Origin: Pseudomonadota bacterium
GTDB lineage: Bacteria > Pseudomonadota > Alphaproteobacteria > Acetobacterales > Acetobacteraceae
Direction: 5' to 3'
Length of the DNA stretch: 48,088 bases
Assembly: GCA_046735215.1 (NCBI GenBank)
Contig: JBKPSV010000031.1
Coordinates: 1-48,088 of the forward strand
The position numbers were made by a program, and so were the translations under genes. Below the pieces are notes generated by a model. The model saw only the letters and a list, made by a program, of their open reading frames with translations, was not told the origin of the DNA and did no database searches. The first letter of the stretch is position 1; each line of letters begins with the position of its first letter. Below, in pieces: positions 34,959 to 43,881 of the stretch.

Positions 34959-35740
34959 CAGGCTGCGGCCACCGCCGGCACTTCGCGACGAAAGAACGCC
35001 CGCACGATCGGATGCGGGCTGTCATCGCGCAGCGCACGTGGGTCGCCCTCGGCGATAGCCCCTCCGGCATCCGGATATGCGGCGCGGTCCAACATGATGC
35101 AGCGATCGGCGATCGCGAGGATCGATGCAAGTTCATGCGTTACGACGACAAAGGTGGCACCAAGGTCGTGCCGAAGGTCCAGGATCAGCCGGTCGAGCCC
35201 GGCCGAGGTGATCGGATCGAGCCCGGCCGAAGGCTCGTCCAGCAGCAGCAATGGCGGATCCAGTGCCATGGCTCGGGCGATGCCGGCGCGGCGCGCCATG
35301 CCACCGGATATCTCTGCCGGCATCAGCGGCGCAGCGTCGCCCAGGCCGACCAGCCCCAGTTTGACCCGGGCCACGACCTCGCGCGCATCCGGCGGCAGGT
35401 TGGTGAACATCTCCATCGGCAGCATGACGTTCTCGAGCAGGTTCATCGAACCGAACAGCGCGCCGGACTGAAACATGACACCCATCCGTCGCTGCACCGC
35501 GCGCAGCGCCGCGTCACCATCCGGCCCGGTGATCGTCCGATCAAAGATCTGGATGCGCCCAGCACTTGGTCTGAGCAGTCCGATAAGCTGTTTCATCAAC
35601 GTGGATTTGCCGCAGCCAGAGCCGCCAAGGATGACGAATATCTCACCGCGATGCACTGTAAGGGAGACGTCGCGAAATATCGTGCGCCTGCCAAAGCGCT
35701 GAGCGACGCCCTGCACGTTGATTATGGGATCGGCGGTCAA
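34958..35740 (-). CDS. ABC transporter ATP-binding protein (MlaF-like)
   Basis: 260-aa ORF. Walker A is GGSGCGKST, the signature motif is ISGGMARRAGIARA and Walker B is LLLLDEPSAGLDP. Its stop overlaps the mlaD-like ATG (TGATG) and its start overlaps the permease stop (ATGA). Confidence 0.9.
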   Translation of the reverse strand: MTADPIINVQGVAQRFGRRTIFRDVSLTVHRGEIFVILGGSGCGKSTLMKQLIGLLRPSAGRIQIFDRTITGPDGDAALRAVQRRMGVMFQSGALFGSMNLLENVMLPMEMFTNLPPDAREVVARVKLGLVGLGDAAPLMPAEISGGMARRAGIARAMALDPPLLLLDEPSAGLDPITSAGLDRLILDLRHDLGATFVVVTHELASILAIADRCIMLDRAAYPDAGGAIAEGDPRALRDDSPHPIVRAFFRREVPAVAAA

Positions 35741-36852
35741 AGCTTCAGCCGGTAGAAGGCCAAGGCGAACACGCCATCGAGCGCAATCGTTGCCACGATA
35801 CCGCCGACCACCGCCGCTGTGGCAGACAAGCCGACGGAACGCGGGCCGACGCCGGTGGCGAGGCCTGCCCGGCAGCCGATCGACGCCACCGCGGTGCCAA
35901 AACAGACCGCCTTGAACAGCCCGCCGTACATGTCGCCCGCGGTGACCCAGTTCTGCACCTGCCGGGCGATCGTCACCAGCGGAAAGCCGAAACCGCGCAG
36001 CACCGTTGCCATCCCGAGCATACCAGCGATGTCGAGTGCCAGTGTCATCACCGGCATGACCAACATGGCTGCCATGATCCGCGGCAGCACCAGCATGGTC
36101 ATCGGATCCAGACCCATGGTCGTCAGGGCATCGATCTCTTCATTGACCTTCATCGTGCCGATCTCGGCGGCGTAGGCCGATCCGGTACGTCCGGCCAGGA
36201 TCACCGCGGCCAGCAGCGGACCCAGTTCCCGCAACAGACTAAGAGCGACCAAGTTCGCAACGAAGATGTCGGCACCGAACCGCCGCATGGGCACGGCAGA
36301 TTGGAAGGCGAGAATGAGGCCGATCAGAAATCCAAGCAGCAACACCAGGGGCAGCGAGCGCACGCCGGCCTGGTCGACGTAGCCAAGCAGGTCGGGCATC
36401 CGCAGCATTCGGTGGCGCCTGGGCAGCGCGAAGGCCGCAACCGCCGCCTCACCGATGAAGCTGATGCTCGCAGCCACCAGCCTTACTGCGGTCGCGGCAA
36501 CCTGCAGGGAGCTGACACGCGGCCGCGGCTCGCTACGCGCGGCAGCAAGACTGGCGAGGCGGGCCCTCCCGAGCAGCGCGAGCAACCACTCTTGCGCTCC
36601 GATCAGTTCCGCTTCGTCCCCGTGCGCTTTCTCCATTGCCGCCAGAAAGGCCGCCCCGCTCATGTCACCGGCGGAGACCTGCGACAGATCGAACACCAAG
36701 CTGTGACCGCTCGCCGCCTGGGTCGCCCTCATCCCGATATGCCAAATCGCGCCGATAGACGCGGCATCCAGCCTGCCGCCGAACACCAGCACGGCGCGGC
36801 CCTCACGTTGCTCGGTCGATAGCCGAGCGGCCGGGTTCAGTGTGTCAGCCAA
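35737..36852 (-). CDS. MlaE-family ABC permease with an N-terminal STAS (MlaB-like) domain
   Basis: 371-aa ORF. The C-terminal 250 aa or so are MlaE-like (LLRELGPLLAAVILAGRTGSAYAAEIGTMKVNEEIDAL). The N-terminal 110 aa or so (AVLVFGGRLDAASIGAIWH...LVFDLSQVSAGDMSGAAFL) look like a STAS/anti-sigma-antagonist fold. The start is TTG 36852 and is uncertain. Confidence 0.8.
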   Translation of the reverse strand: MADTLNPAARLSTEQREGRAVLVFGGRLDAASIGAIWHIGMRATQAASGHSLVFDLSQVSAGDMSGAAFLAAMEKAHGDEAELIGAQEWLLALLGRARLASLAAARSEPRPRVSSLQVAATAVRLVAASISFIGEAAVAAFALPRRHRMLRMPDLLGYVDQAGVRSLPLVLLLGFLIGLILAFQSAVPMRRFGADIFVANLVALSLLRELGPLLAAVILAGRTGSAYAAEIGTMKVNEEIDALTTMGLDPMTMLVLPRIMAAMLVMPVMTLALDIAGMLGMATVLRGFGFPLVTIARQVQNWVTAGDMYGGLFKAVCFGTAVASIGCRAGLATGVGPRSVGLSATAAVVGGIVATIALDGVFALAFYRLKL

Positions 36853-37871
36853 CTTTCGAAGCGCTGCCTTAGCTTCGTGAGATTGTCACGCCAAAACCCG
36901 GCATCAATTCGCACCCCAGCACTCAGATTTGCCGGTGCGGTCGGTGAAAGCTGTGCCGCCTCCGGGTTCGGCCAGTCATTGGCGCCCTTGGCAAGGCCGC
37001 CATCCCCGGAAACAAGAACCAGTCGCCCCTCGATTGCCGGCGTCCCCATGAAGTACAGCAACTGCAGAGCCGGCCGCACGTTGGGACTTCCCTTCAGCAC
37101 AACCCAACTTTGCACTTCATACAGACTGGCCGTCCATTGCAGCCCAAAATTTCGGTGCTCGTTCCGGTTCACGGTGGTGATATCCGATGCGGACGCACTC
37201 GTCATCAGCACGTCGCCTGTCGCGAGGATGTGCGCCGCCTCGGCATCGTCCTGCCACCAGACGATGTAGGGTTTGAGCTGGTCAAGCTTGCGGAATGCTC
37301 GGTCCACCCCGTCGGACGTACCCAGCACCTTGTAGACGTCACCCGGCGACACGCCATCCGCCATCAGGGCAAACTCAAGATTGCCGCGGACGCCTCGGCG
37401 AAGACCGCGCTTGCCCGGATACTTCGCAACATCCCAGAAGTCGGACCAGCCCGGTGCGGCGGGGAATTTGTCGCGATCCCAGGCGAGCACGGTGGTGGCG
37501 ACGTTGGCCCCCACGCCACAGTCGTGAACGGCCAGCGGCAAATAGTGATCCTTGCCGCCAATTGCCGACCAGTCGAGCTTCTCGAACAGGCTCTCCGAAC
37601 ACCCGGTTGCCAGTTCATCGGCATCCACCAGCACGAGGTCCCACGTGTTGTCGGCCGCCTTCACCTGGGCGCGCAGCGCATCAAGGCCGCCCTCCCAGCG
37701 GGAGGACTGCACTATAATGCCGGTCGCTGCGATGAACGGCTGTATGAAGACCTTGTCGATCGCTTCCTGTCCTGGCGGAGGCACAACGACGCTCAGGTCT
37801 CGGGCCGCGGCCTGGCCGCAACACAGGACGAGCATCGCCGCAACGGCCAGAAGCGAGCGAGCATGCATCAA
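36837..37871 (-). CDS. Periplasmic solute-binding protein, PotD/PotF-like (family 1 SBP)
   Basis: 344-aa ORF with signal peptide MMHARSLLAVAAMLVLCCGQAAA. IQPFIAATGIIVQSS..., WDLVLVD, and YIVWWQD...GDVLMTSA resemble spermidine/putrescine-type binding proteins. Its stop codon (36837-36839) lies inside the predicted start region of the STAS-MlaE gene. Confidence 0.7.
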   Translation of the reverse strand: MMHARSLLAVAAMLVLCCGQAAARDLSVVVPPPGQEAIDKVFIQPFIAATGIIVQSSRWEGGLDALRAQVKAADNTWDLVLVDADELATGCSESLFEKLDWSAIGGKDHYLPLAVHDCGVGANVATTVLAWDRDKFPAAPGWSDFWDVAKYPGKRGLRRGVRGNLEFALMADGVSPGDVYKVLGTSDGVDRAFRKLDQLKPYIVWWQDDAEAAHILATGDVLMTSASASDITTVNRNEHRNFGLQWTASLYEVQSWVVLKGSPNVRPALQLLYFMGTPAIEGRLVLVSGDGGLAKGANDWPNPEAAQLSPTAPANLSAGVRIDAGFWRDNLTKLRQRFESWLTH

Positions 37872-38016
37872 ATATTGGCTCCGGGTTCCTGCCAGGCAGC
37901 GGGATGTCTACAATCGGCGAAAATGACCGGAAACAAAAGCGGGGGCCGGGTGCCGCGCGCAGCTTTGCGCTGTCATGGTGGACAGGCTAGATGCGGCCGC
38001 CATCCTGGAGAAGGTC

Positions 38017-39024
38017 ATGCAAGATGAACCGACGGTGATCGCCCGGCGCGACGGGCGGGTGGGGCGAATCACACTGAATCGTCCTCACGCGCTCAACGCG
38101 CTGGACCTGGGGATGATCCGCGCCTGCGCCCAGGCGCTGGAGGCGTGGCGTAATGAGCCGCAGGTCCACGCCGTGGTCATCGAGGGTGCCGGCGACCGGG
38201 CGTTCTGCGCCGGCGGCGATATCCGCGCGCTGCGCCAGTACGAGCTGGATGGCGAGCACCACAAGGCGGAAACGTTCTTTCGGGAAGAATACGAACTGAA
38301 CCTGATGATCGCCACTTACCCGAAGCCGTACATCGCACTGATCGATGGCATATGCATGGGTGGTGGTATCGGGGTGTCCGTGCATGCGGCCTATCGCGTC
38401 GCCACCGAGCATGCTGCGTTCGCCATGCCGGAGACGGCGATCGGCTTCTTTCCCGATATCGGCGCGACCTTCTTCCTCCCGCGATTGCCGGGCGAAGTCG
38501 GCACGTATCTCGGCCTGACGGGCGCCCGGATGCAGGGTGCGGACGCCGTGCATGCCGGCCTGGCGACTCATTTCACGTCGCGCACGGACCTGAACGCACT
38601 GTCGCGCGCGATTGCTGCCGATGGTCCCGGCGTATTGGGAGCGTACGCCGCGCTGTTGCCGGAGTTCTCGCTGGCCGGTCAACGGGACGCGATCGATCGA
38701 TGCTTCGGTGCCGACAGCGTCAGTGAGATCATCCATGAGCTGGAGGTGCTGGGCGATGTTTGGGCAACCAAGACGCTGGCCACGCTGCGCACAGTATCGC
38801 CATCGGCGCTTTGCTGGACCCTCAAGGCGCTGCGCCATGGCGCCGCCATGACGCTCCCGCATTGCCAGGCAGGCGAGTTGGCGTTGACGCGGACAGCAAT
38901 GCGGCACCCCGATTTCGCGGAAGGCGTCCGCGCGATGGTTGTAGACAAGGATCGCAGGCCGCGCTGGCAGCCGGCGCGCATCGAGGACGTTGATCCAGAT
39001 ACTATTGCCGAGATGTTCCGCTGA
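38017..39024 (+). CDS. Enoyl-CoA hydratase/isomerase family protein, 3-hydroxyisobutyryl-CoA hydrolase-like
   Basis: The ORF track gives 37975..39024; the likely start is the ATG at 38017 after GGAGAAGG. GRITLNRPHALNALDLGM, AFCAGGDIRAL and the hydrolase-type motif GICMGGGIGVSVH...PETAIGFFPDIG are present. The length of about 335 aa, with its C-terminal extension, is typical of HIBCH-type hydrolases. Confidence 0.8.
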   Translation: MQDEPTVIARRDGRVGRITLNRPHALNALDLGMIRACAQALEAWRNEPQVHAVVIEGAGDRAFCAGGDIRALRQYELDGEHHKAETFFREEYELNLMIATYPKPYIALIDGICMGGGIGVSVHAAYRVATEHAAFAMPETAIGFFPDIGATFFLPRLPGEVGTYLGLTGARMQGADAVHAGLATHFTSRTDLNALSRAIAADGPGVLGAYAALLPEFSLAGQRDAIDRCFGADSVSEIIHELEVLGDVWATKTLATLRTVSPSALCWTLKALRHGAAMTLPHCQAGELALTRTAMRHPDFAEGVRAMVVDKDRRPRWQPARIEDVDPDTIAEMFR

Positions 39025-39745
39025 CAGGGCTACCGCCGGACGGATCATAACGGACCAGCGAAGCGTGCCGCCGCTCGCTTGGCAGACACAGCGCCGCAAG
39101 CGCTGGCGCTACATCGGAGGGCCGCGGCAAGGTGGTGGGATCTTCGCCCGGCATCGCCCGGCTCCGCAGGCGCGTCGCCGTTGGGCCTGGATCGTATAGA
39201 TTCACCAGCAAGGGCGTGATGCGGACCTCGTCTGCCCAGGTCAGCACAAGGTGTTCCATCGCCGCCTTCGTGGCGCCGTAAGCTCCCCAATAGGCTTTGG
39301 GCTCGCGAGCCCGCTGGTCGGTGAGAAATGCCGCACGCCCGCTGGGCGCCTGCCGCAACAGCGGATCGCAGGTGCGGATCAGATGCCAGACAGCGTTGAG
39401 GTTGACGGCGAGTACGTCGGCCCAATCATCGGCCAGGATGTGCGGCACGGGCGTCAGGCGACCAAGCGAGCCTGCGGCATGCACCAGTGCATCCAGCCGG
39501 CCGAAGCGCTGGTAGAGGCTGGGTCCGATCGCATCGACCTGCGCCCCGTCCGCCAGGTCGAGAGGCAGGAGCGTCGCGCTGCCGCCAACCATTTGAATCG
39601 CATCGTCGGTTTCTTCCAAACCACCCTGGGTCCGCGCGGTGATCACGACATGCGCGCCAAGCTGTGCAAGCCGTATCGCGACCGCGGCACCGATGCCGCG
39701 GCTGGCACCGGTGACAAGGGCGACGGAGTTGATCAGCGGTGGCAA
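39002..39745 (-). CDS. SDR-family oxidoreductase
   Basis: 247-aa ORF. The cofactor motif is TGASRGIG and the catalytic motif is YGATKAA. It lies downstream of purF in the same orientation. Confidence 0.85.
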   Translation of the reverse strand: MPPLINSVALVTGASRGIGAAVAIRLAQLGAHVVITARTQGGLEETDDAIQMVGGSATLLPLDLADGAQVDAIGPSLYQRFGRLDALVHAAGSLGRLTPVPHILADDWADVLAVNLNAVWHLIRTCDPLLRQAPSGRAAFLTDQRAREPKAYWGAYGATKAAMEHLVLTWADEVRITPLLVNLYDPGPTATRLRSRAMPGEDPTTLPRPSDVAPALAALCLPSERRHASLVRYDPSGGSPVSGTSRQ

Positions 39746-39754
39746 AGCGCCGGC

Positions 39755-41221
39755 CTAATGGCTCTCCGCGAGCAGGCTCAGCTGCCGTTCGGAATTGTCC
39801 GCCTGGTCTGGCAGGTTGATCGGGTAATCGCCGGTGAAGCAGGCATCGCAATAGTGCGGTCGTGCCGGATCTCGTTTCGGTTTGCCAAGCGCACGATACA
39901 GTCCGTCGATCGAGATGAACGCCAGACTGTCGACACCGATCTGATCCCCCATCTCCTCCACCGAGTGTCGCGCCGCAAGCAACTCGCCGCGTTCCGGTGT
40001 GTCGATGCCGTAGAAGCAGGAATGCGTAGTTGGCGGCGATGAGACTCGCATGTGCACTTCGCGCGCGCCCGCCGCGCGGACCATCTCCACGATCTTGCGA
40101 CTGGTCGTGCCTCGCACGATCGAGTCGTCCACCAGAATGACGCGCTTGTTCTCCAGCACCGGCCGATTCGCCGAGTGCTTCAGCTTCACCCCGAGGTGGC
40201 GGATGTGGTCGGTGGGTTCGATGAAGGTTCGGCCGACATAGTGATTGCGGATGATACCAATCTCGAACGGGATGCGGCTTTCCGCCGCGTATCCCATCGC
40301 GGCAGGAACGCCGGAATCCGGCACCGGCACAATGACGTCGGCCGAAACCCCACTCTCACGCGCGAGTTCGGCGCCAATACGCTTGCGGGCGTCGTAGACC
40401 GGCGTCCCCTCCATCACCGAGTCGGGACGCGCGAAGTAGATGTATTCGAAAACGCAGAACCGCTCGCGCGCGCGGCCGAATGGCTTGATGCTGTGGACAC
40501 CCTGGTCGTTGATGACCACGACCTCGCCAGGTTCCACATCGCGCACGAAATTGGCGCCAACGATGTCGAGCGCACACGTCTCGCTCGCCAGCACCCAGCC
40601 GCCAGTGCCCTCGTTGCCGATGCGTCCGAGGATCAACGGCCGTACGCCCAGCGGATCGCGGACACCCATCAGTGCCTCGGTTGATAAGGCCACCAGAGAA
40701 TAGGCGCCGACCACCTGCTTCAGCGCGTCGATCAGCCGATCGACGACAGTGGAATAGAGGCTGATCGCGATCAGGTGGACGAACACTTCAGAGTCGGTGG
40801 TGGACTGGAACAGGCAGCCGCGTCGCACCAGTGTCCGACGCAGCACGTGTGCGTTGGTCAGGTTGCCGTTGTGCGCCACTGCGAAGCCGCCGAACTCGAA
40901 ATCTGCATACAGTGGTTGCACGTTGCGCAGGATCGTCGCACCAGTGGTGGCATACCGATTGTGGCCGATTGCCGATGTTCCCGGCAGCGACGCAATCACC
41001 CGCGCATCGCCGAAATTGTCGCCGACCAGACCCAAGCCGCGGTGGCTGTGAAAATGCCTGCCATCGTAGCTCACAATGCCGGCCGACTCTTGGCCACGAT
41101 GCTGCAAGGCATGCAATCCGAGCGCGGTCACGGCCGCCGCATCCGGAACGTTCCAGACGCCAAACACGCCGCATTCCTCGTGGAATTTGTCGTCATGCGG
41201 TGAGGTCACGGGCATATGCAT
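39755..41221 (-). CDS. purF: Amidophosphoribosyltransferase
   Basis: 488-aa ORF. The N-terminal nucleophile context is ECGVFGV. GLHALQHRGQESAGI is present, the PRPP-binding loop is VILVDDSIVRGTT and C-terminal Cys residues are present. Confidence 0.95.
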   Translation of the reverse strand: MHMPVTSPHDDKFHEECGVFGVWNVPDAAAVTALGLHALQHRGQESAGIVSYDGRHFHSHRGLGLVGDNFGDARVIASLPGTSAIGHNRYATTGATILRNVQPLYADFEFGGFAVAHNGNLTNAHVLRRTLVRRGCLFQSTTDSEVFVHLIAISLYSTVVDRLIDALKQVVGAYSLVALSTEALMGVRDPLGVRPLILGRIGNEGTGGWVLASETCALDIVGANFVRDVEPGEVVVINDQGVHSIKPFGRARERFCVFEYIYFARPDSVMEGTPVYDARKRIGAELARESGVSADVIVPVPDSGVPAAMGYAAESRIPFEIGIIRNHYVGRTFIEPTDHIRHLGVKLKHSANRPVLENKRVILVDDSIVRGTTSRKIVEMVRAAGAREVHMRVSSPPTTHSCFYGIDTPERGELLAARHSVEEMGDQIGVDSLAFISIDGLYRALGKPKRDPARPHYCDACFTGDYPINLPDQADNSERQLSLLAESH

Positions 41222-41232
41222 GCTCTCCCGAT

Positions 41233-41799
41233 CTAGCGGCTCACCGCTCTTCCCTGCGGGATCGCCTGCATCAGCGCGGCGGCGGTTGTCTCACGGCCAA
41301 GCGGCGGAGGATAGAGCCGCGGGCGGAAATCCGCCGGCAAGCGTTCCACCACCCACCGGGCGCCCTGATACACCGGCCACATCGATTCGGCTTTCAAAAC
41401 GACGTCTGGCCAGCGATCCACCTGCACCACCATTCCCATCGCGATATAGGCAAGGATGACGAGGACCGCACCCCGCACCAGGCCGAATACCAGACCCATG
41501 CTACGGTCAACGCCGCCCAGAACCGAGCCGCGGACCAGTGCGCTGATCCAACGCGATATCAGCAACAGCACTATCAGTGCGACGAGGAACACTGCGGCAA
41601 AAGCGACGGGATCAACCCACGGGGACTGGCCGAGCCATTGCTGGAATTGTGGCCGCGCCCTGGGCAGCACCCAAACACCGACGAAGATGGCGCCGACCCA
41701 GGCCGCCAGCCCGAGCACCTCGCGCACCAGTCCGCGCATGAAAGCGAGCAGCGCCGATATCACCAGCACCGCCAGGATAACGAGATCCACCCAGGTCAT
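41233..41799 (-). CDS. cvpA: CvpA-family membrane protein (colicin V production protein homolog)
   Basis: 188-aa ORF. MTWVDLVILAVLVISALLAFMRGLVREVLGLAAWVGA is the typical CvpA N-terminus. The cvpA-purF arrangement is conserved. Confidence 0.85.
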   Translation of the reverse strand: MTWVDLVILAVLVISALLAFMRGLVREVLGLAAWVGAIFVGVWVLPRARPQFQQWLGQSPWVDPVAFAAVFLVALIVLLLISRWISALVRGSVLGGVDRSMGLVFGLVRGAVLVILAYIAMGMVVQVDRWPDVVLKAESMWPVYQGARWVVERLPADFRPRLYPPPLGRETTAAALMQAIPQGRAVSR

Positions 41800-41879
41800 C
41801 TGCGCGCCCGAACCTTCTTCCCCGGCAGCTTATCGGCCGCAAAATGGCCAGCGCCAAGGGCAAGGCACCTGCCGGACAG

Positions 41880-43253
41880 TCATCCTTTCGGAAAGGCCTC
41901 GACCAGATCGGCGATATGGCCGATCTCCGTTAGCTCCAGGCCATTGGGTTGGACGGGCGGCCGATTGCCTCGCGCTACCCGCCGCGGCAGCGTTGCCTGG
42001 GCAAATCCAAGCTTGGCCGCTTCTTTCAGGCGCGCGTCAACCTGGGCGACCTGGCGGACCTCGCCCGATAGGCCGATCTCGCCGAAATAGATCATCCCGG
42101 CGTTGGTTGGGGTTTCGGTGGCCGCCGATATCAGGGCGGCCGCGACTGCAAGGTCGGCCGCCGGCTCACCCACCCGGAGGCCGCCAGCCACGTTCAAATA
42201 AACGTCGGTGGCGCTCAGGCGCACGCCGCCGCGAGCCTCCAGCACCGCGAGCAGCATCGGCAACCTGCCGCCGTCCCAACCGATCACGGACCGGCGGGTT
42301 TGGCCGACTGGGTTCGGCGCGAGCAATGCCTGCACCTCCACCAGGACAGGGCGGGTGCCTTCGACCCCGGCGAAGACGGCACTCCCGGCAATGTTGCCGT
42401 GTCGTTCGGCTAGGAACAGAGCCGAGGGATTGGCGACCTCGGCCAGACCTCGATCGGTCATCTCGAACACGCCGATCTCGTCGGTGGCGCCAAAGCGGTT
42501 CTTCACCCCGCGAAGGATGCGGAACTGGTGCCCACGGTCGCCTTCGAAATACAGCACCGCGTCGACCATGTGCTCCAGCACGCGCGGACCGGCAATGGCT
42601 CCGTCCTTGGTCACATGGCCGACCAGAACCACAGCAAATCGCCCGGCCTTGGCGAGTTGGATCAGCTCGAAACTGCAGGCGCGCACCTGCGCGACCGTGC
42701 CGGGTGCGCTGTCGATCGAGTCGAGCCACATGGTCTGGATCGAATCGATCACGACCAGCGCCGTATCGCCTGCGGTACGCAGACTGGCAGCGATGTCGCG
42801 TAGATTGATCGCCGCCGCGAGCTCAAGCGGCGTATCCTGAACGCCAAGCCGGCGAGCACGAAGGCGCGTCTGTTCGATCGATTCCTCGCCGGAGATGTAA
42901 AGCACCCGGCGTCCGGTACGGGCTAGCGCTGCCGCTGCCTGCAACAGCAGCGTGGATTTGCCGATCCCTGGATCGCCGCCGACCAGAATGGCGGAAGCCG
43001 GAACCAGTCCTCCTCCCAACACCCGGTCCAGTTCGACAATTCCCGTCGGGCAGCGAGGCGGCAACTCGGCGCTGCCATCCAGATTGACGAAGTCGACCGG
43101 GCGACCCGAGCCCTTTGCCGCCGGACCCGGACGGGAGGCGACGGTTTCCTCGATGATCGTGTTCCACTCGCCGCAGCTCTCACAACGGCCCGCCCATCTG
43201 GGATGCACCGCACCGCAGCTCTGACAGACGAAGCGTGATACCGACTTTGCCAA
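41880..43253 (-). CDS. radA: DNA repair protein RadA
   Basis: 457-aa ORF. The zinc finger is CQSCGAVHPRWAGRCESCGEWN, Walker A is GDPGIGKST, the RadA-specific motif is KNRFG and a C-terminal Lon-like domain is present. Confidence 0.95.
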   Translation of the reverse strand: MAKSVSRFVCQSCGAVHPRWAGRCESCGEWNTIIEETVASRPGPAAKGSGRPVDFVNLDGSAELPPRCPTGIVELDRVLGGGLVPASAILVGGDPGIGKSTLLLQAAAALARTGRRVLYISGEESIEQTRLRARRLGVQDTPLELAAAINLRDIAASLRTAGDTALVVIDSIQTMWLDSIDSAPGTVAQVRACSFELIQLAKAGRFAVVLVGHVTKDGAIAGPRVLEHMVDAVLYFEGDRGHQFRILRGVKNRFGATDEIGVFEMTDRGLAEVANPSALFLAERHGNIAGSAVFAGVEGTRPVLVEVQALLAPNPVGQTRRSVIGWDGGRLPMLLAVLEARGGVRLSATDVYLNVAGGLRVGEPAADLAVAAALISAATETPTNAGMIYFGEIGLSGEVRQVAQVDARLKEAAKLGFAQATLPRRVARGNRPPVQPNGLELTEIGHIADLVEAFPKG

Positions 43254-43257
43254 TGCT

Positions 43258-43791
43258 TCAGTTGCGATTGGCGGTCAGCATCACCTGGCCGCCGGCTCCG
43301 CCATCGACAGTGCTGATCGACAACAGCCAGCTCCTGGCGCCCTTGGAGGCAACGTATTCTCTGTGTCGCAACAGCCTCTCCTCCGAATCACGCTTCTCGG
43401 CCGTCATACTGAAGCTGATACTGGCGTCGCTCATATTCTTTTCGAAGTCATGTACGGTCCTGGCGCCGCTCGCCCGTTGGGCGATCACGGAGCAGGAACC
43501 ACCATCCTCTGAGACCAGGACGAATTTTCCGTCCTTGTTCGACGCATCGAATACAACGCCTGGACGGCCGTAGAGAAAGCGATCGCGGATCGCTGCCGGT
43601 AACTCAGGCAATGCGAACTTCCGGGCCCATTGGCGAAGGCCATCTTTGTCACCAGCAAACTGGAGACAGCTCTGCATGAACAGTCCGCTCACCTGTGCGG
43701 ACGCGGTGTCCAGGAGGTTGCCCGCCCAAGGTCGCGGGGCACCTGCGATGAGCCCCGCGATTAGGGCAATGATGAACCAGCCAACCCGCAT
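43258..43791 (-). CDS. Hypothetical exported/membrane-anchored protein (no family recognised)
   Basis: The ORF track gives 43258..43860; the likely start is the ATG at 43791 (MRVGWFIIALIAGLIAGAPRPWAG, a signal or anchor). It has two Cys residues and a soluble part of about 150 aa. Its stop is 4 nt from the radA ATG, and it lies 90 nt downstream of mlaF. Confidence 0.5.
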   Translation of the reverse strand: MRVGWFIIALIAGLIAGAPRPWAGNLLDTASAQVSGLFMQSCLQFAGDKDGLRQWARKFALPELPAAIRDRFLYGRPGVVFDASNKDGKFVLVSEDGGSCSVIAQRASGARTVHDFEKNMSDASISFSMTAEKRDSEERLLRHREYVASKGARSWLLSISTVDGGAGGQVMLTANRN

Positions 43792-43881
43792 CACGACTCT
43801 ATCCCCGGGCCGTTCACGACAGGTTATGTCTGAACCTACCAACGCGGTATGTGTTTGCACGCTCTTCGGCGATTTCGGGTC

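Noticed and set aside
33684-35471. A 595-aa plus-strand ORF antisense to the Mla-type operon. Similar long antisense or alternative-frame ORFs occur at 5323..6999, 6647..7582, 19977..21089, 37987..39099, 40831..42090, 41456..42808, 45492..46607 and 46648..47799.
   Set aside because: All are Arg/Pro/Gly/Ala-rich low-complexity translations with no recognisable motifs. Each lies opposite, or out of frame to, a gene with unambiguous family signatures. Long stop-free antisense frames are expected by chance at this GC content.
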